A DNA stretch of 64,000 bases from Blastocladiella emersonii ATCC 22665 (lineage: Eukaryota; Fungi; Blastocladiomycota). Shown piece by piece: positions 48,091-58,679 of the stretch. The position numbers and the translations under genes were made by a program. The stretch covers positions 310,001-374,000 of the forward strand of contig JANHCV010000006.1 in assembly GCA_025594325.1 (NCBI GenBank). The letters run 5' to 3'. Under the pieces are notes generated by a model. That model saw nothing but the letters and a program-made list of their open reading frames with translations. It was not told where the DNA came from and did not search any database. Positions within the stretch are counted from its first letter, which is position 1, and each line of letters starts with the position of its first letter.

Positions 48091-50247
48091 GTCGCGGCCC
48101 ATCGATGATTCCAGGTTTCAAACCACGCGATTTATCCGCGAATCGAGTGCGATACAGGTAGACCATCGGCGGGGAAGAGGATGAGGGAGGATGAGAGAGG
48201 AAACCCTGTGCCGGTGATCCTCGCGGCCAGCTTGATGACGAGCGAGCGGAATCTAACCGCATATGGCCTACGATGCGGAGGAGAGATCATTGTGAGCGCA
48301 GAGTCGGTCATCAGCGAGGCAATGAACGCGTACCGTGACGCCTCGAGTGCACCTTGGACCCGTCCTCGAACCCGCAGCAGCTGGCGCCTTTGGCCACGAC
48401 GGCAGGTTCGTGAGCTTGCTCGCCATGAACTAGACAGGAGGGAATCATCTGCGTAAGTCGGAGACCGTGATGGGCGAGGACGAGTCGCGTACCTCGATTA
48501 TGAACGAGTACGCCGTCGGGTGCGTGCTTGAGAGCAACGCCGACCAGTTGATGGGCGAGCGCCGCAGCAGCTTGTCGTGGTAGACCGAGGCTACGGGTCG
48601 CGTAGCGGAGACGAGTGAGCAGAGGGTCAGGCGAAGAGTACAGTCGACGCGAGCGCGTGGGCTGCGTCGCCGAGACCCGGGCCGACGACACGAGCGAAAG
48701 TGCTTTGGGACCCGAAGCTCGGCGGTGCCCGCACGCAGCGTGAGTCGCACCGACAACGCGAAAGAGAAGCACCGTACCGCGTGGACTTGAGCGTGCCGTG
48801 CGCGAGTCGACGGGACGGGCGACGGCGCGACCCTGGTCACCGCGACTTGGCGTACTCGGTGCCCTACTCGCTCATTGCGGCCGCAAACATGTTAGTCCCG
48901 GTCCACGGGAGAAGCAGGCCGAATCAAGCACCGCGTACCATGTCGCGAACTTGGTCAGGATCGACGTAAGCACCTTGCCGCGGACCCCTCGAGTGCCGCC
49001 ACAGCTTGAGGTGCTTGTCGAAGGCTAGAAAGCAGGGCAAAGAGGTCGTGGCGTGGGGTGGGTCAGTGAGCGAACGGACAGCCGGCGCGGAAGGCGTGGG
49101 AACGCGGCGTGAACATCGAGCGCGGCGGGCGCGAGTCCCGTCGATGTGTGCAGGGCGTGTCGACGGACTTGATGCATGACTCCGGATGCACGTCGCGTGG
49201 GAAGAGCGGCCGAGAAGAAGCGGAGAGACGCGTACCGTGGGGGCCACCGTGCGGCGCGGGCCTGTCGTGGCGCCCGGGCGTATACGCGTCGACGCGAGAT
49301 GCATGGATGCCGAGGGATGACGGTGCAAGCGGTTGCACGAGGTCACGAGTGTCGAGTGGGTCGATAGCATGGTTGTTGGTGATGGGGCGAGGGAGCGCGA
49401 GCCGCCGCGGCGCAGAGTCCGCTAAAGCGAACGCGGCCGAAACGAGCAACGCGCTCACACGTGACGTTAGTTTCAACGTGTTTTGCTCCTCCCTTCGCTG
49501 CGGCGGCGCTCTCTCCTCCCGGCGACAGGACTGCGACGTCGCACTCTATGATTAATCCATGAATTACTTGCTGCGAGCATTTGGCCGTGCCGTGAGCGTT
49601 CGAACTTGGTCGATAGGACCTCGCCAGCGGGCAAGCCAAGTCGCAACGCTACCCTCGCGAAGAGGTCGTTACGGCGGTCGCAAGGACTCTCGCATCTTGA
49701 AGCTTTATGAGTCGCATGTGAGGTGTTGAGCGCGCCGTTGCCCTCCGTTGCGCTTGGTCGAGCGGAAACCGCGCACTTGGCTCGTCGACCTGGACTTGGA
49801 CGGCATTCGGCTTGAAATCACGGCTCTCAACAGTTTCACCTCTGCTAGACGGGGCCTCGCGTAGTTGTGCCGGGTCTCTACGCCGGGCAGACGCTAGCTC
49901 TCCGCCCTACGTGCGAGTTCCACATCGTGCCCGTTTGGCCGTATCGGCCTTCCTTCACGTCGCGCCGAACGGGAACCGGCCATCGTCGGCGCACCAGGGC
50001 GGGTACGCCGAGTACCTCATCAACGCGCACGAGACGCTGCGAGCCTCACGCTGCTCATGATGCTGCAGCTCGCCAACTCGCTCGACTTTGTGGACCACCG
50101 CGAACACGACGTTTGGCGACGGGCTCAAGCTCACCTTGCAGCAGCACGAACACGTCTAGTTGAGTTCGGCTCCCTAAAATGCTTTGCTGGGTCGTTGAGA
50201 CCATTTCGATGCATTTTCGCATGAGTTCCTTCATCACCATGGTCACC

Positions 50248-50506
50248 GTTGATCAGCTCCTGGTTTCGCCTGCGCACGAGTTGAATTTAGACGTTGATCA
50301 ACGCGTAGAGCTACTTTTCCAATAAGTTGATCCAGGGTGCGTGGATCAAGGTGTGGATCCACATTGTTGAAAGTGGATCAACGTCTCGATCCAGGTCGCC
50401 GCCAAGCTCATTCGAGCTCATCTCAGTCAATGCTGGATCCACCTTTCATGATTGTGGATCCAGCATGCAAAATCTGGATCAAGCCTTGATCGAGAAGTTG
50501 ATTCAG
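50248..50506. repeat. Second GATC-palindrome array, 11 sites; mirrored at 60861-61119
   Basis: Counted directly: GTTGATCAAC, GTGGATCCAC, CTGGATCAAG, etc. Confidence 0.9.
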
Positions 50507-51871
50507 CACTGGAAGGCTCGAGGTGGAGACTTGGAGTCAGAGTCCTCCAGGCGGAGGTCGGAGCCGTGGCAGTCGGTGACGCGTCTCCCACTGCTGCGCC
50601 ACCCGCCTGCGCCACCCGCCGTGCCACCACCGCCGCTCAGTCTGGAGCCCATCGATAGCCCGTCTTCAGTCGAATTCAGCTCGACTGCTGAGATTGAAAC
50701 TGGGACGACAAGCGACTTGTTTGTTACGTGTGGACTAGCGATCGGGAAACCCATGCGCAAGTCTGACGGGTTGTTCGTTCCGGCGCATATTCTGCAGTCC
50801 AATTCGGGCACGCACAGACTTTTGATGGCACTGCTGCCGCCATGCCACCAAAACCCTGCAAGTTTGCTCACAGGCACCTTGCCGGGGTCAGTTGCAGTAG
50901 TATTGAGGGGGCAGTGGTGCATGTGGGCAAGCGGGCTTTCGTGGGTTCGGGGCCACGTAAGTGAGGAATTCGGTATGACAGTTCGAACCTCGTGTTCGGG
51001 GCTGATATCTCTATCATCCATGGGCTGCCGGGTCAAACCTCTTTCCGCTTGTCAACAGTTACCCGATCCGCCCTGTTCAAAGACCCGCCATGAAAGTACT
51101 CGTCCTCATCATTTTGCATACGACTTTCCTTTACTTTTTTTCGGCTATACCTCGGCTTTCCGTGTGCGCGCGCAAGCGGTGGTCCAGCGCGGGAGACGGC
51201 GCGCGCGTGCGGATGCGAGACGCGTCGCGAAAACTCGTGACCCGATCACGCGCCCCATGCGAGACGCGTCTTGCAAATCTTCAAGGCCTTCAAGTGTGAG
51301 TTTGAGTTTGGGAGTATCCGAATGTTACCTACTGTTCAGTTCAGCTGATCCTTCGCTGTTTCTCAGCTGTAGCTTTAGCGAAGCTGAGTTTCTGTGGGAG
51401 CAATTGAAACCTATCAGGCACATCAACCTTGCTCTTGTGGTCACATGAGTGGCTCAGTGACCGTTTTCGATTTTCGTCGCGCGACGAGTTCCGTTGTTTT
51501 TCGCTTTCACTTCATTCCGACCCCTGCAACGTAAATCTGGACTGTGCTTTGCCTAGTCCCCAACAGTTCGAGGCTGTTCACTTCGAGGGGAGCGAGGTCC
51601 TGTGCAGCGGTTCCCGTGCGCAGGCGCGACGAGACGGACCTCGCTCGAAACTGACTGTTCAGCATCACGTGACCTGACATCAATCCTGTCTGGCTGCCTT
51701 TTCGCGCCCTCGGAAGCTCTCCCACTCCACGCCCGCTCGCTCGCGCTTGCCGCTGCTTGTCGACGCTCTTTGAGACCTCCTGTGCTGACCAGCTCTTTAC
51801 CCGCCACTCCTACCCCATGCAGCGCTTAATACTTCGCGATCCGGCGTCTGCCTGGCCGCCATGCCCCGCTC

Positions 51872-52450
51872 ATGGCCGCGTGCACCACCCGCTCGCCGAC
51901 TTCCACCTCGGCGTCCGTCAACGCGCCGTCGGGCGGCACCACGTCGGGCAGCACCACGTCCGGCAGCGCCACGACGCCGTCGGGACCCGCGGCGTCGGCC
52001 GTCGTCCAGGAGCTTGACATCAACCTGCAGGAGTGGGACGACGTCGGCAGCGAGTCCGACATGACCGTGGTTCCCGCGTCGTCGTCCGCCGTGACCAAGA
52101 ACAAGAACATCACCAAGATCGTCGTCGACTCGGAGGCCGATGAGGAGGTCGACGCCGACGAGGAGGAGAGCGAGTGCGAGTCGGGCCCGTCGTCGTCGTC
52201 AAGCCGCGCGCGCAAGATGGCCACCAAGGCCAAGGGCCGCGACAAGAACAAGACGGTCAAGACCCCGCCGGCCTCGCCCACCAAGCGTACCCGCACGTCG
52301 GCCGTCAAGGGCAAGTCCGGCGCTGCCGTCCCTGCCGCCCAAGACGACGACGAGGCCGACGACGACGACTCGGCGACCCCGCCGGCCTCGCCGACCAAGC
52401 GCGCGCGTCGCGGTCCCGCCAAGGGCAAGGGCAAGGACCGCTCGGCCTGA
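51872..52450 (+). CDS. Acidic/basic low-complexity ORF (repeated TPPASPTKR) inside the element; probably a captured gene fragment
   Basis: 192-aa ORF with host-like GC3 bias, preceded by an intron-acceptor-like CTGAC...CAG (about 51785-51821). Confidence 0.5.
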   Translation: MAACTTRSPTSTSASVNAPSGGTTSGSTTSGSATTPSGPAASAVVQELDINLQEWDDVGSESDMTVVPASSSAVTKNKNITKIVVDSEADEEVDADEEESECESGPSSSSSRARKMATKAKGRDKNKTVKTPPASPTKRTRTSAVKGKSGAAVPAAQDDDEADDDDSATPPASPTKRARRGPAKGKGKDRSA

Positions 52451-52622
52451 TCCTGATCCTGTTCTTTCCTTCGTTTCTTTCGAAAATACTTCCGCTGTCT
52501 GATATATTCCAAACTCTTTTTCTTCCAACTGGTTACTACTCGAATTTGTGAGGTGCTCGTCGACTGGCGAGCTCAAAGAGTTTACCCCTGAACTCTGAGA
52601 ACGCGTTTCAAAGACGCGTTGC

Positions 52623-52877
52623 GTGACGCGTCGCGTCGGCGCTCGCGTTCGTGTTCTCACAACGATGACCCTGAACAAGGTCATTGCCGACTTCGGCGAC
52701 CCCAAGCTCCCGCATCGTTTTCCTGCCCGGTACCCGTACATGGTCCTCTCTCGAGCGCGCAGGACCGAGGACATCCTCATCATCCGGTTCAACAGTTGGG
52801 TTCTCGTGCAGAAGGCATTACAGCACGTGGCGAAGGACATGGAGCGACTGTCCCTGCTGAGCAGGATTGAGAATTGA
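52623..52877 (+). pseudogene. PIF1/Helitron-type SF1 helicase C-terminal remnant
   Basis: MTLNKVIADF...YPYMVLSRARRTEDILIIRF...KDMERL resembles helicase motif V/VI (QGxTLxKVxxD...YVxLSRxR). Confidence 0.6.
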
Positions 52878-53107
52878 TAAACTACTTCACTTTCACCAAC
52901 TGAAACAGTCTCAAGAAGCCAAGTAAAGCTACAGCTGAGACCCAAGTGTGTGCGCAGCACACACACCTAGTTACATGAGGCGGAACGACAATCCGGTCAC
53001 TTGCGTTTGGCGCTTGAACCACGAATGACGACGCTCCATTAGTAGACTTCGAACAACTGTACCTAAGACGGGATTGAGCTCTCCTCTAAGAGATTGTACG
53101 GGTCAAC

Positions 53108-53745
53108 AATACGCCCGCCGATTTTTTCGGCACAAACTGAGATTGAATGCGAATGCCAGCGCCGAAGCCCGCGTCCTCCTGTCCATTTATAATGCACACT
53201 GTCCCACTCAAATTTCGCCAGCGAATGGTACGCGTTCGTTGACAACTTCGTGACCCCGACTGCCCTGATCGCCGCGCTCGAGTCCTACGCTGCCGCCGAT
53301 TCGGCCAAGGCCGCTAAGCTCGCGTCGACCATCGTCGTGACGCCGCTGAACGTGTGCTTCGGCGCGTTCAACGATGTCCTGCTCGAGGCGTCGTAGGCTG
53401 CGCTCATGTACCGCTCCCGGCTGCGCGTATTCTTCTCGTACGTCAACCCAGCGACGCGCTGCTCGGGTTCGTTGACTCGGTCGGCAAAAACGTGTCGTCG
53501 CCGGTGCTGCACATCAACCCCAAGGACGTGCCCAAAGTCGCGTCGCGCGCCTAGGCGCCCGGCAACGTGCTCTCGGACCCCTCCATGCTCGCGCTGTTCA
53601 CGGACCTGCACGAGTACATCAACGGCGCGCTCCCGCGCAAGGCCGAGTACCGGGCCGCCGGCCCTCCTACCGCTGTCGCGGCCGCTCCCTTCGACGGGCG
53701 TGCGCAAGGGCGGCGCGGCGTGGATGTACTCGCTGTTCGCAGGCA
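53108..53745 (+). pseudogene. Internally deleted, decayed copy of the RavA/MoxR-like AAA+ gene
   Basis: Nucleotide and protein similarity to 57500-58590(-): RHKL.L.AN, ASEWYA..F..PTALIAA, ALFTDLHEYINGALPR. The Walker A/B segment is missing. TAG stops at 53394 and 53552 correspond to CAG in the paralog. Confidence 0.8.
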
Positions 53746-53756
53746 ACGTCGTTGTC

Positions 53757-54010
53757 TCACTGGTACAGGGAGACGTAGTTGTCGACGACCTGCGGCGCGA
53801 AAACCTGCACGGTGAACCAGAACTTGCTCTGCCGGTGCGCCTTGACGGCGGTCCACCGCCACTTGTACGCCTGCACGTCTGAGCAGTTGGCCTCGTCGTA
53901 GTGGAACAGCATCACGTCAAACCCGTGCGCGTCGAACAGCTCGAGCACCGGTAGAACGGTCTTGCGAGGGGCTGCGGGGCAAGGCTCGCGCGCATTCGCA
54001 GCAAGTAACA
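53757..54010 (-). pseudogene. DUF707-like (putative glycosyltransferase) fragment
   Basis: FDVMLFHYD...W..V.AHRQSKFWF..VF.PQVVDNY..L.(stop)DND matches the FHYD / QTKWWFAKRFLHPDIV..YDY pattern of DUF707. Confidence 0.55.
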
Positions 54011-54506
54011 AGTTGAACGGCGGCGGGCCAGCGAGCCGACGGAACGCACAAAATGTGAGACTCGGAACAAGGATCACCTGGCACGCCGAGTGCGAATGCA
54101 TCTGGAAGCTGGGAGACAGCGATGCAGGCGGCGTCGGATGACTGTTCCGGCTTCGACCGACCTGCGAGGCGATTCGCGACGCGTCGACGCGTCATCGGTG
54201 CGCGGCAGGATCGTGATCGCTTGATCAGCCAACACGACCACCGAACCGAGGTCGTGCTACATCGATGGTCGATGGCACTTCATCACTTCGCATGACCCCT
54301 GTATCGCCGGTAAGTGTAAAAAAAAAACAGCTGACTGCCAGTGTAGCGCGGTTGCGGGTGTGGCGCAACGCGATCATGTGCCGACCCATCGCGTGCCTTG
54401 TGGCGGGAGCCTTTCGCAAGCCGATCCCGCTGATCATCAGATCACCTTCGCAAGAGACGACGCTGTAAACAAAAACATAACATATATTCAAGCTTGCAAA
54501 TAATTT

Positions 54507-56213
54507 TCAGTAGCGCGATTCAAACTTGCCAAAGTTGTCAAACCCGCACATCGGGAACTGGCGCTTTTGCAGCTCATATTCTGTTTCTTCCAAGTACGAA
54601 TTGCGCCAGAGGGAAAGAGTGGGGACCTTGTCTCCGCGAGCTTCAAGTAGCTGCAAAAGCGGTTCCAGGCTTTCCTCCGTGATCCAATTGCCGTCCAAGA
54701 TCAGCGAGTACAAGTGCGGCGGCAAGCGCTCCAGCAGCAGAGCTAAATCCCGGTCGGACAGACCCAACCAACCGAGCCACAAGTCATTGAGACGAGGAAA
54801 GTCTCCCAAAGCCTGCATGAGCCGGCGACAAGCCGGGTTTTCGTCCGCGACCAGCCAAGCGCCGCTGCGCGCTTCCGTTTTGTACAGCCGAAGCGAGCTC
54901 AACTGCCGCGGGAGACCCTCTGCGAAGGCATCCAAGTCGTTGTCGTCGAATTCGCAAAACGTGAGCTCAAGCGTGTCGAGCGTTTGAGGGAGGTGCGGGA
55001 CCAGGTACTCCATTGTACCCGCCGGGAAGGAGTTGGATGACAGGTCGAGGTCGGTGAGAGTAGCAGGAAGGTACGGGGCGAGCTCCCGGATGTCAGCGCC
55101 GGTCAACTTGTTGTCGGACAAATCCAGTTGCTCGAGAGATCGAGGAAGCGCGCGCGCAAGCGTGGCGAAGATGGGAGTCAGCGCAGTCGTGGAGCTACGT
55201 GTGAACGTGCATTGGGCAATTCGAAGCGTGCCCAGGGTTGGTGGCAAGAAGCTGAAGAGCGTGTTTGAGCCATCGAGCCGGCTGAAATCGTAGTTGTAGA
55301 TGATGAGGCACTTGAGCTTGCTTGGAAAGAGGCTGCCCAGTTCGGCATCGCAGCGAGGGTCAATCCACGAATCTTCGAGCTGAAGCTTGGTGACTGAATC
55401 GGGGAGCGGGGGTCTGGGAGCAGTTCCGATTGCTGCACGAGCGTGAGGAAGGTCATGGCGCATGCACTTGAACGCGAGGGTCGTAACCCTGGAGGGGAGG
55501 CCAAGCGACCTTGCCAAGACAGCAGACATGTTGCATGGGTCAAAGTCAAGGTAAGTGGTCACTGCATTGGGGAGCGAGAGAGTCCGGTTAAGAATCGCGA
55601 TGCCGACCTGGGTGAGCCGACCGGAAACGGACATTACGCCGCCGCAGCGACCACGATTTACGTCGTGAAAGCGCCGCAAAGCGTCCTTGTCTCCTAGTTC
55701 GTGGACGATTGGCAAGGTCTGAGAGGCATCCGATGGGCATCAGTGATCTGTTTCAACTCGACGTGAGTGCAAATCGAGCCGTACCTCGTTGTTGGTCTCA
55801 GAGACTGCCCGAGCTCCAACAACACCTGAAAGTATCGGATCACACCTTGTACGAGTGGCATCTTCAAGCGTTGGGAGTGGAATACCCGAGTCACGCCACC
55901 ATTCGAGGACTACATATTGTAGATTTTCGCAAGCATCCACGAACGCAGCAACGGTATAGTTGAAGGGCAGTCGCGAATCGCGCCAAAGATCGAGCACAGC
56001 GACGAAGCCGCATTTGATCGCGTCGTCCAAGGAGAGAAGCGGGCACCGGCGCAATATGGCGCGCGTGACGCCCGGGATGTCGGCACGCCGCATGACGCGA
56101 GCGTACTGCGCAAGGCCCTCCAAGTCGCTTGGGTCGCCGTGGGCCTCCACAGCGTAGCATAAGACGTGATCAATGAGTTGCGGTAAGTGCAAGCGTGCGT
56201 TCATGCGATTCAT
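54507..56213 (-). CDS. Apparently intact ankyrin-like repeat + RI-like LRR protein; intron 55719-55784
   Basis: LDDAIKCGFVAVLDLWRDS...YVVLEWWRDSG repeats join in phase via GTACGG...CTGAT...CAG to LRRs (LEQLDLSDNKLT, LTDLDLSSNSF, LYSLILDGNWIT). Confidence 0.8.
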
Positions 56214-56359
56214 GGTATGTCTATTGCCGCTCGTTGCGGCGTTTGGGAGGGAGAGCAAGGAGCGGCAGCCCCGATCGATTTTGAAACTGGGCGACCGCTG
56301 CTCACGTGCATCTGAACGGCGCGATCGACATTCGCTGGCCGCTCGTTTGGGCCAGATAA

Positions 56360-58592
56360 TCAAGGCTTTGACGATGGCAAGGCAAATAGAAATTTGGTGC
56401 GAAGAAAACATATATATTTTTTTGATTGACAAAGCCGAGGGGCGGGAACTCCGGACTGCTTTGTGGCGGCAGCGGTGGCGACAGGGACTGAGACCTTGCA
56501 CTCGAGCTTGGCGACCGATCCCTGCTCGGCGTGCTCCTGACCGAGCGGAAACTTCTCGAGCTTACCGCTTTCACCCACGCGAAGCTGGGACGCGCCCGCG
56601 AACCCGTGGCGGATCCCGAGTGAGTTGATCTTGGCCTGCGGCCCGCGCAGGGCGAGCTGGATGGACTCGCGATCGACCGGCGAAATGTGAGCCGCTTCTT
56701 CGTCGAACACGCCGACTACGATGACGCGGTTCGGCAGCGCGGTTTCCGGGATCGTCACCTCGCGCAGGATCGTGTTGAGCCCGCCGCCGCTCAAAGTGCG
56801 CCGCAGCTTTGTCGAGTAGTGCTGCAGCTGATAAGCCTCACGGCCTCGCGAGTTGGTGCTGACGAGGAAGTGCTGGAAGCCGAGCAGCTTGCCGTCCGGG
56901 TGGAAGTCGATGCACAGGACGTGAATCCCGACATAATGGACGCCTTGCTCGAGCGGACCGCCAACGTCGACCAGAGTGCCGTTGCCGAGACTGACGCGGA
57001 AGTGGCCGTGCTGCCCGAGTTTTTCGTCGAAACCTTTGGAGATGACGGTCAGCGTGTGCTCGATGACCTTGGGCTGCGGCGGCTGCGCAACGATCGGAGC
57101 CGGTGCGACGGGCGTGGGGGCGGGGGTGACCACGGGAGCCGACGCAGGCGCGGCGCCGCGACTGGACGCGATACCCTCGAGGATACGCTGCTTGGCGGCG
57201 TCGGGCACGAACGCGTGCGCCTTGACCATGGCGGTGACGGCGTCAATGCCCTTGGTCTGCACGAGCGCGGCGAGCTCCTTGACGAGACGCGCTTCGAGCC
57301 ACTGCACGAGGCACTGGTGCTGGTCCTTGGTCTGCCACGCGACGTAGACGATCGGTTACACGTCGAGCGGCGCGGCCTTGGTGCGGCCGTGCACGTACAC
57401 GACGACGCGCAGCACCTTGAGCAGCACCACGATGCCGCGGTCCGTGAGCAGCCGGCCGCCGTACGTCTGCTGCGACTGCGCGCCCGTCTTGGCCGCAAAC
57501 AGCGAGTCCATCCACGCCGCACCACCCTTGCGCATTTCCGTTGAGGGAGCGGCGACCGCGCCGTTGCCCGCAGCGGCAGCGGGAGGGCCGGCGGCGCGGT
57601 ACTCGGCCTCGCGCGCGGGAGCGCGCCGTTAATGTACTCGTGCAGGTCCGTGAACAGCGCGATCACGGCGAGGTCCGAGAGCACGTTGCTCAGCGTCTGG
57701 GCACGCGACGCGACTTCGGGCACGTCCTTGAAGTTAAATGCACGGCTGCGGCGACGACGCGTCCTTGCCCTCCGAATCGATGAACCCAAGCAGGGCGAGG
57801 CGTGTCGCCGGGCTGACGCAGTCGAAGAACACGCGCAGCGGGAAGCGGTCCATGAGCGCGGCCTGCGACACCTCGAGTGGGACCTCGTTCGACGCGCCGA
57901 AATAGACGTGCAGCAGCGTCGCGACCATGGTCGACCCGTTTGCAATGCGGCGCTCGTTGAGGATGGTCATGAGGCACGACAGCGTCGCCTTGGACGCCTT
58001 GAAGATCTCATCAAGGAAGGTCAGCTTCGTACCGGCGAGCATGTCGCCGAGGTTGCGCTGCGACACGCTGACGGTCGTGAGCGACTGCACGTCGATCGAG
58101 CCAATGAGGTCTTCGACGGTTGAGGTCGCGTGCAGCGTGGTCGAGAAGTGCGGGCGCGGCGTGACGGTGCGGCGCATGGTCTCGTGGACGGGCGAGCGAC
58201 TTGGTCATGCTGGGCGGGCCGTGCTGCAGCACGTTTTGGCCCGAGAGGACCGAGAGGACGCTGAGCAGCAGGGCGCGCACGGCCTCGTTGGGGTTGAGCA
58301 GCGAGCCGCACAGCTGGTTGATGAGTTGCGCCAGCTCGGCGTGGTTGAAGGCGTTGTTCTTGTTTTTAGGCACGAGCGGGATCAGCTTCTCGTTGGCGGC
58401 CGACGCGGTCAAGGAGGCGGCGGCGAGCTTGGCGGCGATCAAGGCGGTCGGGCACTCGAATTCAGCGACAACCGCGTACCAGTCGCTGGCGAGCGTCGAG
58501 CGGAGCAGCGCTAAATTTGAGTAGTCAGGAGGACGCGGGCCTTGGGCAAAGCCATTCGCGTCCAATCCCAGTTTGTGCCGAGAGTCGGCCAT
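56360..58592 (-). pseudogene. RavA/MoxR-type AAA+ ATPase fused to a C-terminal ILEI/PANDER-like domain; 3 frameshifts and 1 stop
   Basis: Degenerate Walker A GPPSMTKS, FLDEIFKASKATLSCLMTILNER, FGASNEVP, ALMDRF (RavA signatures). The C-terminal GIHVLCID...VIVVGVFDEEAAHIS...SLGIRHGFA is ILEI-like. Frameshifts near 58185, 57745 and 57615; TAA at 57356-57358. Confidence 0.75.
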
Positions 58593-58679
58593 GGTCACAC
58601 ACAATTTCTGTGCGGCCGTGCGTAGTGGCTTGAGAAACTCCTACTCCTCACTCCTCTCCTCGCTCCTCGTTCCAGGATG

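Larger units (their letters stand above)
47367..51253 (+). repeat. Left arm of a near-identical inverted repeat of at least 3,887 bp
   Basis: Every ORF here has an identical opposite-strand twin, with a constant coordinate sum of 111,367 (e.g. 47527+63840, 50327+61040). Identity stops at 51253/60114. Confidence 0.97.
51361..52970 (+). mobile_element. Non-autonomous Helitron2/Helentron-like rolling-circle element (about 1.6 kb)
   Basis: 17-bp asymmetric inverted repeats (51361-51377 and 52924-52940), a 5' stem (CTCAGCT/AGCTGAG), a 3' hairpin GTGTGTGC-GCA-GCACACAC (52946-52964), CTAG at 52967-52970, T-rich flanks, and a PIF1-like helicase C-terminal remnant inside. Confidence 0.7.

Noticed and set aside
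47367-51448. Many 60-370 aa ORFs within the repeat arms (e.g. 50327-51448)
   Set aside because: No recognisable domains, no codon bias, and overlapping ORFs on both strands, as expected in GC-rich DNA. The identical twins merely reflect the duplication.
53394-57358. RIP-like CpA>TpA mutation (CAG>TAG at 53394 and 53552; also TAA at 14344 and 57356; transitions in Walker A)
   Set aside because: Any Gln-to-stop change is CpA>TpA by necessity, so this is ascertainment bias. The near-identical, GC-rich repeat arms argue against active RIP. A full substitution spectrum would be needed.
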